Numbered from the stretch's first letter, positions 1 to 11,082 are shown. The stretch is DNA of 64,000 nucleotides from an uncultured Acidobacteriota bacterium (GCA_963779415.1 CAVZYA010000001.1:1696001-1760000), one strand, 5' to 3'. The notes: generated by a model not told the origin, from the letters alone. Numbers and translations are program-made.

Positions 1-1362
1 ACGACGACCTCGGCAACGCGTCTTCCGGTTCGTGCCTCCGTCGCCTCGACGGCCGGCTTCGGCACGGCCGGCACCGCCGCCCGCAGCGACACGACGGTCG
101 AAGTCGGGGGCGAAATCGGGGAGCGGCTCCGCTGGGGCGTCGACGGGCGTTACAGCCGTCTCGACGCGGGAGACGGCGTCTCGGGCGGGGACGCGTCGCG
201 CTTCGACGTCAACCTCTCCTCGGGGGAGTCGCAGAACCTCCACCTCACCACCGAGCGGCAGGTCCGCCTCCTCGACGAGAACGATCCGGAGCGGTTCGCG
301 GCGCAGACGCTCGACTGGTCCGCCTCGACCGGGGAGCGATCGCAGGCGAGCGTCACGGCCCGTCTCGTCAGCCAATCGAACGCGTTCCGGCAGGGAGCCG
401 TGGGGGCTCTCTTCGCCCAGGCCTCGGACCAGATGGATCTTTATGCCGGCTACCGGACGGATCTCGGCGACCGCTGGTCGGTGAGGCTGATCGCCGCTTA
501 CCGGCATGCCGTCGCCCCGGAGTCCGGCAGCGCGACGCAGATCGTCGACAGCGAGACGCGCGTCGGGGCCGTCGGCACCGCGAACATCCTCCCTGCCCTC
601 TCCGTCGAGGCGGGGGCCACCGGCGATCTTTCCGACCGGACGCGAGGCGTCACTCCCGAGCTCACGATCACGCTCCATCCCGGCTCGCGATTCCGGATCT
701 ATGCCTCGGCGGCACGCCGCTTCGAGCAGCGACAGGACGACGGAACCCCGTGGGCACAGGCGAGCTCGGACGTAGCGGATCTGGCCCGGATCAGCAGCTC
801 CCTTTACGCCGGGGGCCTCCGGTACGACTCGCCGGCGGGCGCCGCCTTCCTCGTCGAGGCGAGTCGGCGCAACATCACCGGAATCCAGCGTCTCCTGCTC
901 GATCCCGACTTCTTCGTGAGGCAGGATTCCCTCTACTTCCTTCCGGGAGACGTCGCGACCGAACTCTCCTCGTCGGCATCGGGCCGGGTCGGACCGGGCA
1001 TCGAGGGCCGGCTGTCGGCGCGTGTCGGACGCGTGACGGGAGAGAGCCCGTCCACGATCGGGGAGGATTACGGGACGTGGACGATCGCGTCGGCGGGGCT
1101 TTACCTCCTCCCGACCGGAACGACGCTCGGCATCGGTTACCGCGTCGTCTCCCAGAGCCTCGTCCGGGGCGAACTGCTGATCCAAAACGATCTCGCCGCC
1201 TTCGACGTGAATCTCTCGCAGTCTCTGCCGGTTTCGCTTATCCAGTCTCTCGCCTCCGACTGGCGGGCACTTCTCTCCGTCGGGGTCGGGAAGAGACGGG
1301 ACGGCGCTGAAGAGGAGAGACCGAACCGCCGTCTCGCAGGGGGGCTGGCCGTTTCTTTCTAG
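1..1362 (+). CDS. Hypothetical protein, probable outer-membrane beta-barrel (5' end outside window)
   Basis: Frame is open from base 1 (TTTSATRLPV...) into ORF 400..1362. Alternating beta-strand-like pattern, ending GLAVSF with a terminal Phe. Confidence 0.6.
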   Translation, partial: TTTSATRLPVRASVASTAGFGTAGTAARSDTTVEVGGEIGERLRWGVDGRYSRLDAGDGVSGGDASRFDVNLSSGESQNLHLTTERQVRLLDENDPERFAAQTLDWSASTGERSQASVTARLVSQSNAFRQGAVGALFAQASDQMDLYAGYRTDLGDRWSVRLIAAYRHAVAPESGSATQIVDSETRVGAVGTANILPALSVEAGATGDLSDRTRGVTPELTITLHPGSRFRIYASAARRFEQRQDDGTPWAQASSDVADLARISSSLYAGGLRYDSPAGAAFLVEASRRNITGIQRLLLDPDFFVRQDSLYFLPGDVATELSSSASGRVGPGIEGRLSARVGRVTGESPSTIGEDYGTWTIASAGLYLLPTGTTLGIGYRVVSQSLVRGELLIQNDLAAFDVNLSQSLPVSLIQSLASDWRALLSVGVGKRRDGAEEERPNRRLAGGLAVSF

Positions 1363-1487
1363 GCGCCGCGATTCAATAGACCCGAAGAACTCTCCAAGAA
1401 TCAGAAGGCTCCGCCCGCCAAATCATCCTGTTGCGCTCCAACCGGCCTTGAAACAGTGGTTTAGATCACTCCGAACAATCGAACGAA

Positions 1488-1503
1488 TGGCACCCTGATT
1501 GCG
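1488..1503 (+). promoter_or_regulatory. sigma54 (-24/-12) promoter
   Basis: TGGCAC-CCTGA-TTGCG matches TGGCAC-N5-TTGC. It lies in an AT-richer intergenic region directly upstream of a kinase and sigma54 activator pair. Confidence 0.7.
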
Positions 1504-1518
1504 TGTCCAAACAACAGG

Positions 1519-4272
1519 GTGCCATCTCCCCTCAGAAGATTCGACCGACTCCTGACCGGGTTCCTCGCTCTGATCTTCGTCGCGAGCGTGGTGCCGCTGG
1601 CCTTCGTCGTCTCGCGGAAGATCGCGCTTGCGGGCCGCGCAGACGTCCTGGTTCAGAGGGAAGCTGAAGGTCTCCGGGTCCTGAAAGTCGGCCGCAGTGC
1701 CGAGCCTTCCGGGCTGAAGGCCGGGGACCTCGTCCTTCTCGTCGACGGCGCCGATGCCGCGGCAGCCGGAGATCCGTCGTCGTGGCTCGCCCGGGGCCCG
1801 GCGGACGTCTCGATCCTCCGCAGCGGAGAGGTCCGGACGCTGCGAACGCGGCCCGTCCCTTCGCCGTGGGACATCCGGTACTTCTTCCTCTTCGCGACGG
1901 CGGTGGCGTTTCTCGTCACCGGAGCGACGGCCCTCGCGACGGCCTCGCGGTCTCCGCAGGCCGGGGCTTCACGGCTCTACGCCCTGTTCGCCTTGACGGT
2001 CGCGCTCGTCTTCGGCCTCACTCCGCTCGCGCCGATCGATCTCCTCTTCCGCGTCTCCGTTCTTCTCGAGGACGCCTCGCGCGCTCTCTTCCCCGCGCTG
2101 CTTCTCCTCCTCGTCCTGAGCTTCCCGCGCCCGACCCCCCGGGCCCTCCGCTTCGCCCCGTTCCTGCCCGCCGCCCTGCTCCTCGCGGCAACCGCCGCGA
2201 TCTACTCCGGCGCCGCCTTCGCGGGCGATCCCGTGCACGCCGTGGAGACTCTCGACCGGCTCCAGACGATCTGGATCGCCGCCGCCGTCGGCCTCTCGCT
2301 CCTCCGGCTCGAACGGCTCTGGCGCCGGCCCGGGGATCTCCTCGCCGAGAAACAGGCCCGCTACCTCCTGCTCGGCACCGGAATCGGCCTGGCGCCGGTC
2401 GTCGTTCTGAACCTCCTCCCGGGGCTCCTCGGGATCTCGATACCGATCCTTTCCTCCCTTTCGATCCTGCCGCTGGCGCTCGTTCCCTTCGCGTTCCTCG
2501 CGGCCCTCACGAATTTCCGTCTGTGGGATGCGGAGGTGCTGGGGAGGGAAACTGCCGCCCTCGTCGGCGCGGGTCTCGCCGGCGCGGCACTCTTCGCCGG
2601 GACGCAGATTCTCCTTTCGAACCCCGTCGTCCCCCTTCTCCCGTATGCGAGAGGAACCCTGCAGGCTGCGGCCGGCCTCGTCATCGCCCTCAGCTTCGTG
2701 CCGGTGCGGCGGGGGCTCTCGGCCGCGTTCTCCCGAATCCAGTACGGCGAGAACTGGAGCGCCCGTGAGGAGCTTCTCGCCCTCGTCCGCGAGCTCGCCG
2801 CGCCGCGGGCGGCCGGAGAGATCGAGCAGCTGCTGGTCACCCGCGCCGCCCGGGCCCTTTCGATCGGTCCGGCGGCTCTTCTTCCCGTCACCCGGGAGGG
2901 TCGGCTTCCGGCCGGAGCCGTGGACGGCGGGGAGGATCTGCACCTCGAGGAGCTTCCGGAGGAGGCCGCGCGCCACACGGTGCGCCTCTCGAGAAGCCGT
3001 CTCGACGAGAGCCAATCCGGGACGATCGAACGGCTTCGGGCCGCCGGCTTTCGGACCCTCGTACCGCTCGCCGCATCCGGGAAGCTCCTCGCCTTCTTCG
3101 CCCTCGGCGATCGGCTCGGCCGCGTGCCGCCTTCCCACGAGGACCTCGAGCTTCTGGAGACCGTTCTCGCCGCCGCGGCACTCGCCCTCGACCACGCGCG
3201 GCTCTACGAAGAGGTGAGGGCGCAGGCCGAGAGCTACCGGACGCTCAAGGAGTTCCACGAGGATGTCGTCGCCGGATCGGCGGCGGCGATCGTCGTGACG
3301 GACGAGGCGGGCCGTGTGGCATCGGTGAACCCCGCCTTTTCTCTCCTCGCGGCGCGCTCCGCCGCGGAGCTGATCGGCCGAATGGAGACGGAGGTCCTCC
3401 CGCCGGCGCTCCTCTCCAAGGAGTCGCCCCGGCGGCTGGAGGCGGACCTCGGCGGCGGCCCGCGCGTCCTCGACGCGGCCGTGTCGCGCTTCCCCGGGGC
3501 TCCGGCCGGGGCACGCGCTCGCGTCTTCGTCCTTCACGACGCCACGGAGACTGCCCGGCTGGAGCAGGCCCTCGCCGAGCGCGAGCGGATGGCCGCCCTC
3601 GGCTCGCTCTCCGCCGGCGTCGCTCACGAAGTCAATACGCCCCTGACGGGGGTGACCGGCTTCGCCCGCGTCCTCCTCGACGAGACGCCCGCCGACGATC
3701 CGCGCCGCCCGCTTCTCGAGAAGATCGAGCGGCAGGCCTTCCGCGCCTCGCGGCTCGTCGGAAGCCTCCTCGACCTGGCGCGCGGCCGTCCGCGCGAGCG
3801 CGTCGCCATCGATCCCCGGAACCTCGCGCGGGAGGCCGCCCGGGTCTTCGAGGAGGAGGTCGGGACGCACGGCGTGTCGCTGACCCTCTCGCTTCCCGCC
3901 GAGGCGCCTCCCGTCCTCGGGCACGACGACGCCCTTCTGCAGGTTCTCGTCAATCTCCTCAAGAACGCCGCCGAGGCCGCGCGCTCCGTCCGGGAGCGCG
4001 AGGTCCCGGGCGGGCCCGCCGTCCGGCTCGCGCTCGACGCCGAGGAGCGGTTCGTCCGGTTCGTCGTGGAGGACAACGGCCCGGGCCTCCCGGCCTCCGG
4101 AGCCGATCGCCTCTTCGATCCGTTCTTCTCGACGAAGACCGCCGAGGGGGGAACCGGGCTGGGGCTGACGATCGCGCGGGATATCATCCGGGCGCACGGC
4201 GGGTCTCTCGACGTCGCGCCGCGCCCCGAAGGCGGCGCCTGCTTTACGGTCCTCCTGCCGCGCGGCTCCTGA
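1519..4272 (+). CDS. Membrane sensor histidine kinase (PDZ-like, multi-TM, GAF, PAS, HisKA, HATPase)
   Basis: H-box AHEVNTPL, N-box NLLKNA, DNGPG, FFSTK, GTGLGL; many hydrophobic helices; GLKAGDLVLLVDG PDZ-like motif. Confidence 0.9.
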   Translation: MPSPLRRFDRLLTGFLALIFVASVVPLAFVVSRKIALAGRADVLVQREAEGLRVLKVGRSAEPSGLKAGDLVLLVDGADAAAAGDPSSWLARGPADVSILRSGEVRTLRTRPVPSPWDIRYFFLFATAVAFLVTGATALATASRSPQAGASRLYALFALTVALVFGLTPLAPIDLLFRVSVLLEDASRALFPALLLLLVLSFPRPTPRALRFAPFLPAALLLAATAAIYSGAAFAGDPVHAVETLDRLQTIWIAAAVGLSLLRLERLWRRPGDLLAEKQARYLLLGTGIGLAPVVVLNLLPGLLGISIPILSSLSILPLALVPFAFLAALTNFRLWDAEVLGRETAALVGAGLAGAALFAGTQILLSNPVVPLLPYARGTLQAAAGLVIALSFVPVRRGLSAAFSRIQYGENWSAREELLALVRELAAPRAAGEIEQLLVTRAARALSIGPAALLPVTREGRLPAGAVDGGEDLHLEELPEEAARHTVRLSRSRLDESQSGTIERLRAAGFRTLVPLAASGKLLAFFALGDRLGRVPPSHEDLELLETVLAAAALALDHARLYEEVRAQAESYRTLKEFHEDVVAGSAAAIVVTDEAGRVASVNPAFSLLAARSAAELIGRMETEVLPPALLSKESPRRLEADLGGGPRVLDAAVSRFPGAPAGARARVFVLHDATETARLEQALAERERMAALGSLSAGVAHEVNTPLTGVTGFARVLLDETPADDPRRPLLEKIERQAFRASRLVGSLLDLARGRPRERVAIDPRNLAREAARVFEEEVGTHGVSLTLSLPAEAPPVLGHDDALLQVLVNLLKNAAEAARSVREREVPGGPAVRLALDAEERFVRFVVEDNGPGLPASGADRLFDPFFSTKTAEGGTGLGLTIARDIIRAHGGSLDVAPRPEGGACFTVLLPRGS

Positions 4273-4276
4273 AGTC

Positions 4277-5665
4277 ATGACGATCCTCATCCTCGACGAC
4301 GAGCCCGTCATCCGGGACGTGCTCCGGACGATCCTCGGAAAGGCCGGCTTCGGCGCGGTCGAGGCCGGGACCGCGTCCGAGGCCCTCGAGCTTCTCGCGA
4401 GCGAGCCCGTCGACCTCCTGCTCCTCGACCTGATGCTCCCGGACCGCCCCGGGCTCGAGGTCCTCACCGAAGTCCGCGCCCGCTGGCCGGAGCTTCCCGT
4501 CGTCGTCATCACGGCGTACTCGTCCGTCGAGAGCGCCATCGCAGCGATGCGTCAGGGGGCGTACCACTACCTCCCGAAGCCTTTCCGGAACGACGAGATC
4601 GTGCACGTCGTCCGGCAGGCCCTCGAGAAGCGGCGTCTCGTCGCCGAGAACCGCGAGCTGAAGTCCCGTCTCGACGGAGCGCGCGGCGGCCTCGGCGAGA
4701 TCGTCGGGCGCGGGCCGTCCATGGAAAAGGTCTTCGACACGATCCGGCAGGCCGCCAACGCGAGATCGACGATCCTCGTCGTCGGCGAGAGCGGCACCGG
4801 AAAGGAGCTCGTGGCTCGGGCGCTCCACCGTCTCTCGCCGCGGGCCACCGGCCCCTTCGTGACGGTGAACTCGGGCTCGCTGCCGCCCGACCTTCTCGAG
4901 TCGAACCTCTTCGGCCACGTCCGCGGTGCCTTCACGGGCGCCGTCGCGGACAAGAGGGGCCTCTTCAAGGTCGCCGACGGAGGGACGATCTTCTTCGACG
5001 AGATCGGGACGATCCCGCTCGAGACGCAGTCGAAGCTGCTGCGCGTCCTCCAGGAGCGGGAATTCCTCCCCGTGGGGGCCGTGGAGCCGATCCGCTCGGA
5101 CGTCCGCGTCGTCGCCGCGACGAACGCCGACCTCACCCGCTTCGTCGCCGAGGGGCGCTTCCGCGAGGATCTCTACTACCGGCTCTGCGTCATCACGATC
5201 CACCTCCCGCCGCTCCGCGAACGGAAGGAAGACATCCCGCTTCTCGTCGAAGCCCTCGCGGCGCGGGCCGCTGCCGAGAACGGGCGCGCCGTGCCGCCCG
5301 TCACCGCGGCCGCGATGAAGGCTCTCCTCGACTACGACTGGCCGGGAAACGTCCGCGAGCTGGAGAACGTCCTCGAGCGCGCTCTCGTCCTCGGGCCCGG
5401 CATCATCGGCGCGGAGGAGCTGCCGGACGCCGTCCGCCGCGCCGTGCCGCGCCCGGCCGCAATCCCGTCCGACGGGATCTCGTTCCAGGACGCCGTGGAC
5501 GCCTACCGGCGATCTCTTCTTTCGGCCGCGCTCCACCGCGCCGGCGGCGTCCAGAAGAAGGCGGCGGAGCTTTTGCGCCTGAAACCGACGACGCTGAACG
5601 AGATGCTCAAGCGCCAGGGCATGCTGTCGCGCGACCGCGACGACGGGGAGAAGCCCGCCCGCTGA
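4277..5665 (+). CDS. NtrC-family sigma54-dependent response regulator
   Basis: Receiver (LDDE, LDLMLP, KPF), Walker A GESGTGKE, GAFTGA, Walker B FFDEI, WPGNVRELEN, Fis-type HTH. Confidence 0.95.
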   Translation: MTILILDDEPVIRDVLRTILGKAGFGAVEAGTASEALELLASEPVDLLLLDLMLPDRPGLEVLTEVRARWPELPVVVITAYSSVESAIAAMRQGAYHYLPKPFRNDEIVHVVRQALEKRRLVAENRELKSRLDGARGGLGEIVGRGPSMEKVFDTIRQAANARSTILVVGESGTGKELVARALHRLSPRATGPFVTVNSGSLPPDLLESNLFGHVRGAFTGAVADKRGLFKVADGGTIFFDEIGTIPLETQSKLLRVLQEREFLPVGAVEPIRSDVRVVAATNADLTRFVAEGRFREDLYYRLCVITIHLPPLRERKEDIPLLVEALAARAAAENGRAVPPVTAAAMKALLDYDWPGNVRELENVLERALVLGPGIIGAEELPDAVRRAVPRPAAIPSDGISFQDAVDAYRRSLLSAALHRAGGVQKKAAELLRLKPTTLNEMLKRQGMLSRDRDDGEKPAR

Positions 5666-5671
5666 AGTCTC

Positions 5672-7333
5672 CTACCCTTCGCGGCGAAGGAGGACGAAAG
5701 TCCGATCGTCGGCGTAGGGGACGCCCCGCACGAACGCCGCGAGCGCCGCGAGGACGTCGACCTCGATCTCCCCGACGGCCTTTCCGCGCGAGTCCCGGAC
5801 GACCGAGAGCAGCCGGTCGATCCCGAATTCCTCGTCCTCGGGGTTCGACGCTTCCGTGATGCCGTCCGTGTAGAGGGCGATGAGGTCTCCGCGAGCGAGA
5901 GTCAAGTTGCCGGCGCCGTACGCCTTCCCCGGGAAGAGCCCGAGCGGAGGACCGTGCGCCTTCAGGAGCTCGTGCGTCCCGTCCGCGCGGACGAGGATGC
6001 CGGCGTTGTGCCCGGCGTTCGTCCAGACGATCCCGCCCGTGTTCGGCTCGTAGAGCGCCGTGATCATCGTGATGAACTTTTCCGGGCTCGTCTTCCGGAA
6101 GACGAGGTCGTTCAGCCGGGAGCAGAGCTTGTCGAGCGGAAGGTTCTCTCCGGCCCACGCCTGATAGGCCGCCTGCACCGTCGCGGCGAGGAGCGACGCC
6201 CCCATCCCCTTGCCGCAGACGTCCGCGACGACGACGTCGACACGACCGTCGGGGCGCTCGTAATAGTCGTAGTAGTCCCCCGAGACGCGGCGCGACGGCA
6301 CCGTCCGGCCGAGCATCGCGGTCCTCGGCAGCTCCAGATCGCGCTCCGGAAGGAGCCGGCGCTGGATCTCCCACGCGACCGACATCTCCCGCTCGAAGCG
6401 CTCCTTGGCGATGGCGCTCTCCCGCAGCCGAAGGTTCTGGATCTTCACGGCGGCCGTGTTCGCGAGGGACGTCAGGAGCCGCAGATCCTCCTCGGTGAAG
6501 CTCTTCCGGCCTAGCCGCACCTCGAGGTAGACGAGGCCGATGACCTGGTCGTCCACGAAGAGAGGCGCCGCCATGCACGACGTGACCCCCTGGATCCGGA
6601 TCGACTCGGCGGCCGCGAGCGGTCCGTCCGAGGCCGTGTCGATGACGAGAATGCCGTTCTTCCGTTCCACGACCGTCTGGACGAGGGTCTTCGAGAGGCG
6701 GATGTCGGCCGGGTCGACCCCTTCGGCGAACTTCACGAGCTCCGGCTTCAGCTCCCCCTTCTCGTCGGCGAGCATCAGGAGCCCGCGGTCCGGCTGGAGG
6801 TAGGTGAAGACCTTGTCGACGACGAGTTCGAGGAGCCGCGGCAGCGGGATGTCGGAGAGGAGTTCGACCGACACCTCGTTCAGGATCCGGAGGGAGGCGT
6901 TCAGCCTTGCCAGCTCCTCGGCGCCGAGACGACCGCCGCTCTCTTCGCGATGCGACCGGACGAGATCCCGCGACGACTGGAGGAAGGTCGTCCGCCGGAG
7001 GCTGTCGTCTTCCTTCGCGTCGATCACGACGCGCGTCGTCGACTCCTCGAGGATGTCGATGACGGTCTCGCCGAGCTGGATCCGGTCGCCCCCCCGGAGC
7101 GTGACCGGGTCGGAGATCCGGGTGCTGTTGACCATCGTCCCGTTCCGCGAGCCGAGATCGACGACGCGGATGAGCCCGCCGTTGGCCTGCTCGAGGCGCG
7201 CGTGGACGCGGGAGAGGGTCCGGTCGGAGAGCGGAATGTCATTCGTGGAGGAGCGGCCGAGCGTCATTGCCGGCCGTTCGAGGCGGAGTCGGCGCGGAGG
7301 CTCGCCGGGGACGCGGACGTTCAGGAGAAGCAC
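5672..7333 (-). CDS. FHA-GAF-SpoIIE (PP2C) protein phosphatase
   Basis: FHA (LGRS..ND, SRVHA, SRNGT), GAF, SpoIIE (SGDYYD, ADVCGKG, NAGH, YTDGITE, DDRT). Start set at GTG 7333; the longer ORF overlaps rpmE/prfA. Confidence 0.9.
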   Translation of the reverse strand: MLLLNVRVPGEPPRRLRLERPAMTLGRSSTNDIPLSDRTLSRVHARLEQANGGLIRVVDLGSRNGTMVNSTRISDPVTLRGGDRIQLGETVIDILEESTTRVVIDAKEDDSLRRTTFLQSSRDLVRSHREESGGRLGAEELARLNASLRILNEVSVELLSDIPLPRLLELVVDKVFTYLQPDRGLLMLADEKGELKPELVKFAEGVDPADIRLSKTLVQTVVERKNGILVIDTASDGPLAAAESIRIQGVTSCMAAPLFVDDQVIGLVYLEVRLGRKSFTEEDLRLLTSLANTAAVKIQNLRLRESAIAKERFEREMSVAWEIQRRLLPERDLELPRTAMLGRTVPSRRVSGDYYDYYERPDGRVDVVVADVCGKGMGASLLAATVQAAYQAWAGENLPLDKLCSRLNDLVFRKTSPEKFITMITALYEPNTGGIVWTNAGHNAGILVRADGTHELLKAHGPPLGLFPGKAYGAGNLTLARGDLIALYTDGITEASNPEDEEFGIDRLLSVVRDSRGKAVGEIEVDVLAALAAFVRGVPYADDRTFVLLRREG

Positions 7334-7441
7334 GGCGGGGAGTCTAGCAAGGCACCGCCCGGAGGAGGGCCCGTCGAGCCGCGTGGTATCCTCTGCGGTT
7401 CCGCGACGGCTCACGAAAAGCGGCCGGTCGCCGAGGAAGCC

Positions 7442-7669
7442 ATGAAACCCAAGATCCATCCCGAGTACCACGAGGTCAACGTTCACTGCGCCTGCGGGAA
7501 CACCTGGAAAACCCACAGCACGAAGTCCGAGCTGCGCCTCGAGATCTGCTCCGAGTGCCACCCCTTCTTCACGGGGAAGGCGAAGCTCGTCGACACCGCG
7601 GGACGCGTGGAGCGCTTCCAGAAGCGCTACGCGAAGGCCACGAAGGCCGCGCCCCCGGCGTCCGCGTAA
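7442..7669 (+). CDS. rpmE: 50S ribosomal protein L31 (Cys-containing type)
   Basis: [34 protein letters not shown]. Confidence 0.97.
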   Translation: MKPKIHPEYHEVNVHCACGNTWKTHSTKSELRLEICSECHPFFTGKAKLVDTAGRVERFQKRYAKATKAAPPASA

Positions 7670-7728
7670 AGGCCGAGCCGGGCCCCCTCCCGGCCGCGGG
7701 CCTCCCCGTCGCCCGCGCCCCCAAGACG

Positions 7729-8811
7729 ATGTTCGAGAAGCTCGCCGAGATCGAACGGAAGTACCTCGAGCTGAAGGCGCGCTCGGAATCTCCGGAGGTC
7801 GCCTCCGACCACGTCGAGTACGCCAGGGCCGTCCGGGCGATGAAGGAGATCGCACCGATCGTCGAGAAGGTGCGCGAGCGGCGCCGCCTCGAGACGGAGA
7901 TCGGCGGCGCGAAGGAGCTGCTCGACACCCTTCCCCCGGCCGATGAGCTGCGCCCCGTCGCCCAGCAGGAGTTCGACTCTCTTCGCGAGCGGCTGGCCGC
8001 CGCCGAAGAGGAGCTGAAGGTCCTGCTCCTTCCCAGGGACCCGAACGACTCACGGAACGTCGTCCTCGAGATCCGGGCGGGGACGGGAGGGGACGAGGCC
8101 GGGCTCTTCGCCGCCGAGCTCTTCCGGATGTACGTCCGCTACGCCGAGTCGCGCCGCTGGAAGGTGGAGGTCGTCGAGCGAAGCGACGCCGGGGGAGTCG
8201 GGGGCATCAAGGAGATCCAGGCGATCGTCGAGGGCGAAGGGGCCTTCTCGCGGCTGAAGTACGAGGGGGGAGTCCACCGTGTCCAGCGCGTTCCCGCCAC
8301 CGAGACGCAGGGGCGGATCCACACCTCCGCCGCCACCGTCGCGATCCTTCCGGAAGCGGAGGACGTCGACGTCACGCTGAACGACAAGGAGATCCGCGTC
8401 GATCTCTTCTGCGCCTCGGGCCCCGGCGGTCAGGGGGTCAACACGACCTACTCCGCCGTCCGGCTGACGCATCTGCCGACCGGGACGGTCGTCCAGTGCC
8501 AGGACGAGCGGTCGCAGATCAAGAACAAGGCCAAGGCGATGCGGGTCCTGAAATCGCGCCTCTACGAGGTCGAGCGGGAGCGGCGCGACGCCGCGTACGC
8601 CGCCGACCGGAAGAAGATGGTCGGGTCGGGAGACCGGTCGGAGAAGATCCGGACCTACAACTTCCCGCAGTCGCGCGTGACGGACCACCGGATCGGATTC
8701 ACGTCACACCGCCTCGCGGAGATCCTCGACGGCCGCCTCGACGAACTGATCGACCCGCTCGTGGCGTATTACCAGGCGGAAAAACTCAAAGCCGAACTGG
8801 CAAGGAGCTGA
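7729..8811 (+). CDS. prfA: Peptide chain release factor 1
   Basis: [19 protein letters not shown] (PxT motif), GPGGQ, RTYNFPQ; follows rpmE. Confidence 0.95.
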   Translation: MFEKLAEIERKYLELKARSESPEVASDHVEYARAVRAMKEIAPIVEKVRERRRLETEIGGAKELLDTLPPADELRPVAQQEFDSLRERLAAAEEELKVLLLPRDPNDSRNVVLEIRAGTGGDEAGLFAAELFRMYVRYAESRRWKVEVVERSDAGGVGGIKEIQAIVEGEGAFSRLKYEGGVHRVQRVPATETQGRIHTSAATVAILPEAEDVDVTLNDKEIRVDLFCASGPGGQGVNTTYSAVRLTHLPTGTVVQCQDERSQIKNKAKAMRVLKSRLYEVERERRDAAYAADRKKMVGSGDRSEKIRTYNFPQSRVTDHRIGFTSHRLAEILDGRLDELIDPLVAYYQAEKLKAELARS

Positions 8812-8817
8812 GCCCCT

Positions 8818-9114
8818 CTACTTCTTCGTGCTCTTCGCGGCCTTGGCGTCCGTCTTCGCCTCGATGTCGACGGCGTACATCTTGTAATGGACCGTGACCT
8901 TGGCGCCGACCTTCGCGTCGCCCGTCACCTTCGTCGCGGCGTCCTTCGTGATGTGGAAACGCTCCTTCCCCTTCATGACGGTGATCGAGGTGTCGTCGAC
9001 GGCGCTGACGGTGCCGGTCACCTGGAAGCTGTCGGTCTTCAGGTCGACGGCATAGGCCGGCGCGGAGAAGACGACGAGGACGGCGACGGCGAGGATGACG
9101 CGAATTGCTTTCAT
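8818..9114 (-). CDS. Small exported beta-rich hypothetical protein
   Basis: Signal peptide ending APAYA, AAGGAGG RBS, VTGTV...KVGAKVTVHY. Confidence 0.7.
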   Translation of the reverse strand: MKAIRVILAVAVLVVFSAPAYAVDLKTDSFQVTGTVSAVDDTSITVMKGKERFHITKDAATKVTGDAKVGAKVTVHYKMYAVDIEAKTDAKAAKSTKK

Positions 9115-9163
9115 CGAGCTTTCCTCCTTCGGACTGAATTTCAGCGGACTCTAGCAGATCGGT

Positions 9164-9940
9164 TCAGCGCCCCGACAGAAGGTAGACCGGTCCCGAAGGC
9201 CGGACGGCGACGCTCTTCACCTCGTATCCGGCCGCAAAGAGCGCCCGCGCCGAAAGGGCGAATCGCCGGCGGGCCCGAAGCGTCCCCGCGTGGTCCGTCC
9301 GGTAGATCCCGGGTGCGCCCGCCGGGAACGGGAGCGCCACACGAGGGGCGCCGGGGACCGTCTCTCCCCGGACGAGCGGGATCGTCGGGTCGTCCTCGGG
9401 GAGGGGGACCTCCTCCCCGCTCGCGGCGGCGACCACCGCCCCGTCGTCGAGACGCCACGTCACCTCGAAACGGTCCGTCGGGAGGTTGCCGTAGATCCCC
9501 CCCATGAAGCCGTAGAAATTCGGAAGGAAGCCGCGGACGACGGCGCGGAGGCGGATGACGTTGAGCCTCCCGTTCTTGAGGAGGAACGGATCGTAGGTCC
9601 AGGTCACGAGCCGGATCCCCCGGTCGAGACACCACGCCCGCTGGAACAGCTTGAGCTTCACCGAAAGGCCGCGCCCCTGCGCCTCGGGACGGACGGCGAG
9701 AAGATGGGAGTGGTGCGCCGGCTCGCCCAGGTTCGTTCGGGGGAGGCCGTGAACGAAGCCGAGCATCCGCCCCCCCTCGAAGGCGCCGGCTGTCATGCCC
9801 CCGGCGTGGGTCCCGGCGATCAGGTCCGTCCAGGGGGAGAGGACGCGGTCCACGAACTTCCAGGCCTCTTTCGAGACGACGACCGTCTCGTGATACTCGT
9901 TCGCCGACTTCAGCTCGCGTATGACGACGCGGCCGCTCAC
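9164..9940 (-). CDS. GNAT acyltransferase (putative amino-acid N-succinyltransferase)
   Basis: HSHLLAV..QGRG, WTYDP, NFYG, TDRF motifs; overlaps the M20 gene stop. Confidence 0.8.
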   Translation of the reverse strand: MSGRVVIRELKSANEYHETVVVSKEAWKFVDRVLSPWTDLIAGTHAGGMTAGAFEGGRMLGFVHGLPRTNLGEPAHHSHLLAVRPEAQGRGLSVKLKLFQRAWCLDRGIRLVTWTYDPFLLKNGRLNVIRLRAVVRGFLPNFYGFMGGIYGNLPTDRFEVTWRLDDGAVVAAASGEEVPLPEDDPTIPLVRGETVPGAPRVALPFPAGAPGIYRTDHAGTLRARRRFALSARALFAAGYEVKSVAVRPSGPVYLLSGR

Positions 9941-11082
9941 GCGGGGACCTCCTCGAGGAGGGCCGCGAGAAGGGCGGCGCGCCGGGGAAGGTCCTCGACG
10001 AGCAGGTGCTCGGAGCGGGCGTGGGCGCCGCCCCCGGACGGGCCGAGGCCGTCGAGCGTCGGCACCCCGGCGTCCGCCGTCAGGTTTCCGTCGGACGCGC
10101 CTCCCACCCGCGCGGACGCGAGCGGGAACCCGAGGCGGCCGGCGAGCGCCGCCGCCGTCTCGTAGAGCGCTTTCGTGGCGCCGCTCTCCTCCATCGCCGG
10201 ACGGTTCATTCCTCCGGTCATCTCGACCCGCACGCGCGGATCGGCCGGGCGATAGCCCCGGAGCGCGGCCTCCACGCGGGCCGCCTCGGTCCGGGACCAG
10301 AAACGGAAGTCGACCGTGATCTCGGCGGACTCGGGGACGACGTTCGCCTTCGAGCCGGCGCGGGCGAGCGTCGGGACGACCGAGGTTCCGATGGCCGGGT
10401 CGGCGACGGCCTCGGCGAAGAGAAGGAACCGCGCCATCTCGGCGAGGGCCGAAGCTCCCTTTTCCGGCTCGAGGCCCGCGTGCGCCGCGAGGCCGGCGAA
10501 ACGGATCGTGGCCTGGCCGATCCCCTTCCGTGCGACCTTCGCCGCGCCCCCTTCGCCGGCCGGCTCGAGGACGAGGACGCGGGCGTGGCGCCTGGCCTCG
10601 GCCACGAGGAGAGCTCGCGAGGCGGCGCTCCCCGTCTCCTCGTCCGGCGTCAGGAGGAGCGTAAGGCCCCGCGCGGGGCGGACCTCCCCGCGCCCGATGG
10701 CCTCGAGCACCTCGAGCGCGACCGCGATTCCCCCCTTCATGTCGAAGACGCCCGGCCCCTTCGCCCGCGGCCCGTCGATCCGGAACGGGATCTCGGCGAG
10801 CGTCCCGGCGGGCCAGACCGTGTCGAGATGTCCGAGAAGCAGCGTCCCTCCCTCCTCACCGAGGCGGACCCGGAGGGCATCGCCCCGCCCTTCGCACGGC
10901 ACGCATTCCGCGGGGAGCTCCGCCGGGGAGAGCTTTACGGCGAGATCGCGGGCGAGAGCCGAAACGAGCGCCGGTTCGTCGGAGGGGCTTTCCGCGCGAA
11001 CCAGTTCGCCGAGGGACGCGAGAAGGTGGGGTTCTTTCTGTTCGAAAAGGGCCAGAAGCTCCTGCGGGCGACTCCCGGTCAC
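9937..11082 (-). CDS. M20 family metallopeptidase / amidohydrolase
   Basis: GHLDT, DMKGG, DEE, EP, GGASD, GAH metal ligands; GTG start overlaps the upstream stop (GTGA). Confidence 0.9.
   Translation of the reverse strand: MTGSRPQELLALFEQKEPHLLASLGELVRAESPSDEPALVSALARDLAVKLSPAELPAECVPCEGRGDALRVRLGEEGGTLLLGHLDTVWPAGTLAEIPFRIDGPRAKGPGVFDMKGGIAVALEVLEAIGRGEVRPARGLTLLLTPDEETGSAASRALLVAEARRHARVLVLEPAGEGGAAKVARKGIGQATIRFAGLAAHAGLEPEKGASALAEMARFLLFAEAVADPAIGTSVVPTLARAGSKANVVPESAEITVDFRFWSRTEAARVEAALRGYRPADPRVRVEMTGGMNRPAMEESGATKALYETAAALAGRLGFPLASARVGGASDGNLTADAGVPTLDGLGPSGGGAHARSEHLLVEDLPRRAALLAALLEEVPA

Noticed and set aside
1509-1524. Second sigma54 promoter on the minus strand (TGGCACCCTGTTGTT)
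   Set aside because: It lacks the GC at -12 with correct spacing and has no gene to drive.
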